A DNA stretch of 64,000 bases from a virus (lineage: Duplodnaviria > Caudoviricetes): IMG/VR virus record IMGVR_UViG_3300004255_000002, positions 26,530 to 90,529 of that record; one strand, given 5' to 3'. Position 1 is the first letter of the stretch, and every line of letters begins with the position of its first letter. The notes beneath the pieces are model-generated. The model was not told the DNA's origin and searched no databases. It was given only the letters and a program-made list of their open reading frames with translations. Of the stretch, positions 63,143 to 64,000 are shown in pieces. The translations under genes were made by a program, and so were the position numbers.

Positions 63143-63217
63143 AGCCCTATAGCTCAGAGGTAGAGCAGAGGACTCATAATCCTTTGGTCACTGGTTCGAG
63201 ACCAGTTGGGGCTACCA
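63143..63217 (+). tRNA. tRNA with CAT anticodon, most likely tRNA-Ile2 (lysidine, reads AUA)
   Basis: Cloverleaf closely resembling E. coli ileX (C4-G69, C5-G68, CTCATAA loop, TGGTC variable loop), A73, CCA. Confidence 0.85.
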
Positions 63218-63238
63218 TAAAACTACACGGAGGTAGAT

Positions 63239-63418
63239 ATGGCAGTAGAAGTACCGAAAGACTTTACACCATGGATGACATTCACCGAGGCACTAGAACA
63301 GTACCTAGACCAGCGAGAAATCATCCAATCTTGTCACGTAAGCCACGGCCCTAAGTATGATACCGCCGTAGAGCATGCTCAGAATGCCGCAATCCATATG
63401 GAGTACTTCACATCATGA
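63239..63418 (+). CDS. Small hypothetical protein (59 aa)
   Basis: GGAGG RBS, ATGA overlap with the next gene. Not in the ORF track. Confidence 0.6.
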   Translation: MAVEVPKDFTPWMTFTEALEQYLDQREIIQSCHVSHGPKYDTAVEHAQNAAIHMEYFTS

Positions 63419-63729
63419 AGTTCCACCTCCAACGCAAACACATCCAAAATTGTATTACCTTAGACATCTCAGAACAGGTCGCTAAAGCCGATAGCGTTGC
63501 TCTAGCGTCCAAGATAACCATGGTCACCGTGGATGCAGGTGAATACCACGAGCCGTGTATGTCTCTCAGTATGGACGAGGCACAGCAACTCATGGACGAG
63601 TTATGGCTAGTAGGCTTACGTCCAAGCGAAGGCACAGGAAGCGCGGGTGCACTGGCGGCAACCCAGAAGCATTTAGATGATATGCGCAAGATAGCCTTTG
63701 ACCAGTTAGCCATCCAATATAAAACATAA
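63415..63729 (+). CDS. Conserved phage hypothetical protein
   Basis: AQQLMDELW-x-x-GLRPSEG-x-GSAG-x-L-x-A-x-x-x-HL-x-DMRKI block. Confidence 0.7.
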   Translation: MKFHLQRKHIQNCITLDISEQVAKADSVALASKITMVTVDAGEYHEPCMSLSMDEAQQLMDELWLVGLRPSEGTGSAGALAATQKHLDDMRKIAFDQLAIQYKT

Positions 63730-63732
63730 TCC

Positions 63733-63760
63733 TTGACTAATTAATTCAATATGATATTAT
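63733..63760 (+). promoter_or_regulatory. Phage promoter
   Basis: TTGACT-16 bp-TATTAT. Confidence 0.8.
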
Positions 63761-63765
63761 GACGT

Positions 63766-64000
63766 ATGGGATTTAATTACTTAACACATAGACTAAACCA
63801 CGACACCACTTGGATGATGAAGACAGGTCAAATCGTCAAAATCACTGATATGGGTTGTGGTCATCTTCAAAACAGTATCGCTATGCTGGAGAGAGCAAAG
63901 CAGGAATACACCAAAGCCTATGATGGGCTCATGGCAGAATGGATACGCCGTCAAAACAGCGGCAATCCATGCCCAGAGAATCCTAAGTTAGTACATCTAA
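63766..64000 (+). CDS. Hypothetical protein, 3' truncated by window
   Basis: Open frame W-x-x-x-x-G...I-x-DM-x-x-x-HL-x-N-x-I-x-ML-x-R. Alternative start at 63814. Confidence 0.55.
   Translation, partial: MGFNYLTHRLNHDTTWMMKTGQIVKITDMGCGHLQNSIAMLERAKQEYTKAYDGLMAEWIRRQNSGNPCPENPKLVHL

Noticed and set aside
1-64000. Integrase, repressor or alternative genetic code
   Set aside because: No recombinase motif was seen. Genes read cleanly in the standard code with TAA, TAG and TGA all used as stops, and no suppressor anticodon is present.

Overview
This window is most of the genome of a tailed dsDNA phage with a non-contractile tail (siphovirus type). Essentially all real genes are on the + strand. 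A two-component spanin points to a Gram-negative host. Order: head genes (XkdF-like protease end, scaffold-like protein, XkdG-like major capsid protein) 1-3.5 kb; neck, tail tube, frameshifted chaperone, tape measure and D3112/YuA-type tail-tip genes 3.5-18.7 kb; fibre and receptor-binding genes 18.7-21.8 kb; lysis 22-23.7 kb; replication and recombination (initiator, degenerate DnaC-like protein, DnaB, primase, SSB, SF2 helicase, RecA, two resolvases, Cas4-like nuclease) 25-40 kb; a self-contained operon (SWIM-M15, GNAT, AsnB-like ligase, ParB, ParB-methyltransferase) 40.5-46 kb; terminase plus a CmoA-like gene 46-49.7 kb; many small early hypothetical genes 49.7-60.9 kb; and a 2.3 kb non-coding RNA island 60.9-63.2 kb. 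The island holds four tRNAs (Gln, fMet-like, 8/4 Ser, Ile2), several enlarged tRNA-shaped RNAs, large structured RNAs and a textbook hammerhead ribozyme. A 14-bp palindrome (about 19 copies) and a conserved sigma70-type promoter with a 16-bp spacer (13 clear copies) recur along the window. No portal, DNA polymerase or integrase was recognised. The strongest candidates for new biology are the RNA island and the CmoA/ParB-MTase/AsnB/GNAT nucleic-acid modification set. All family calls come from motif recognition by eye, not database searches.
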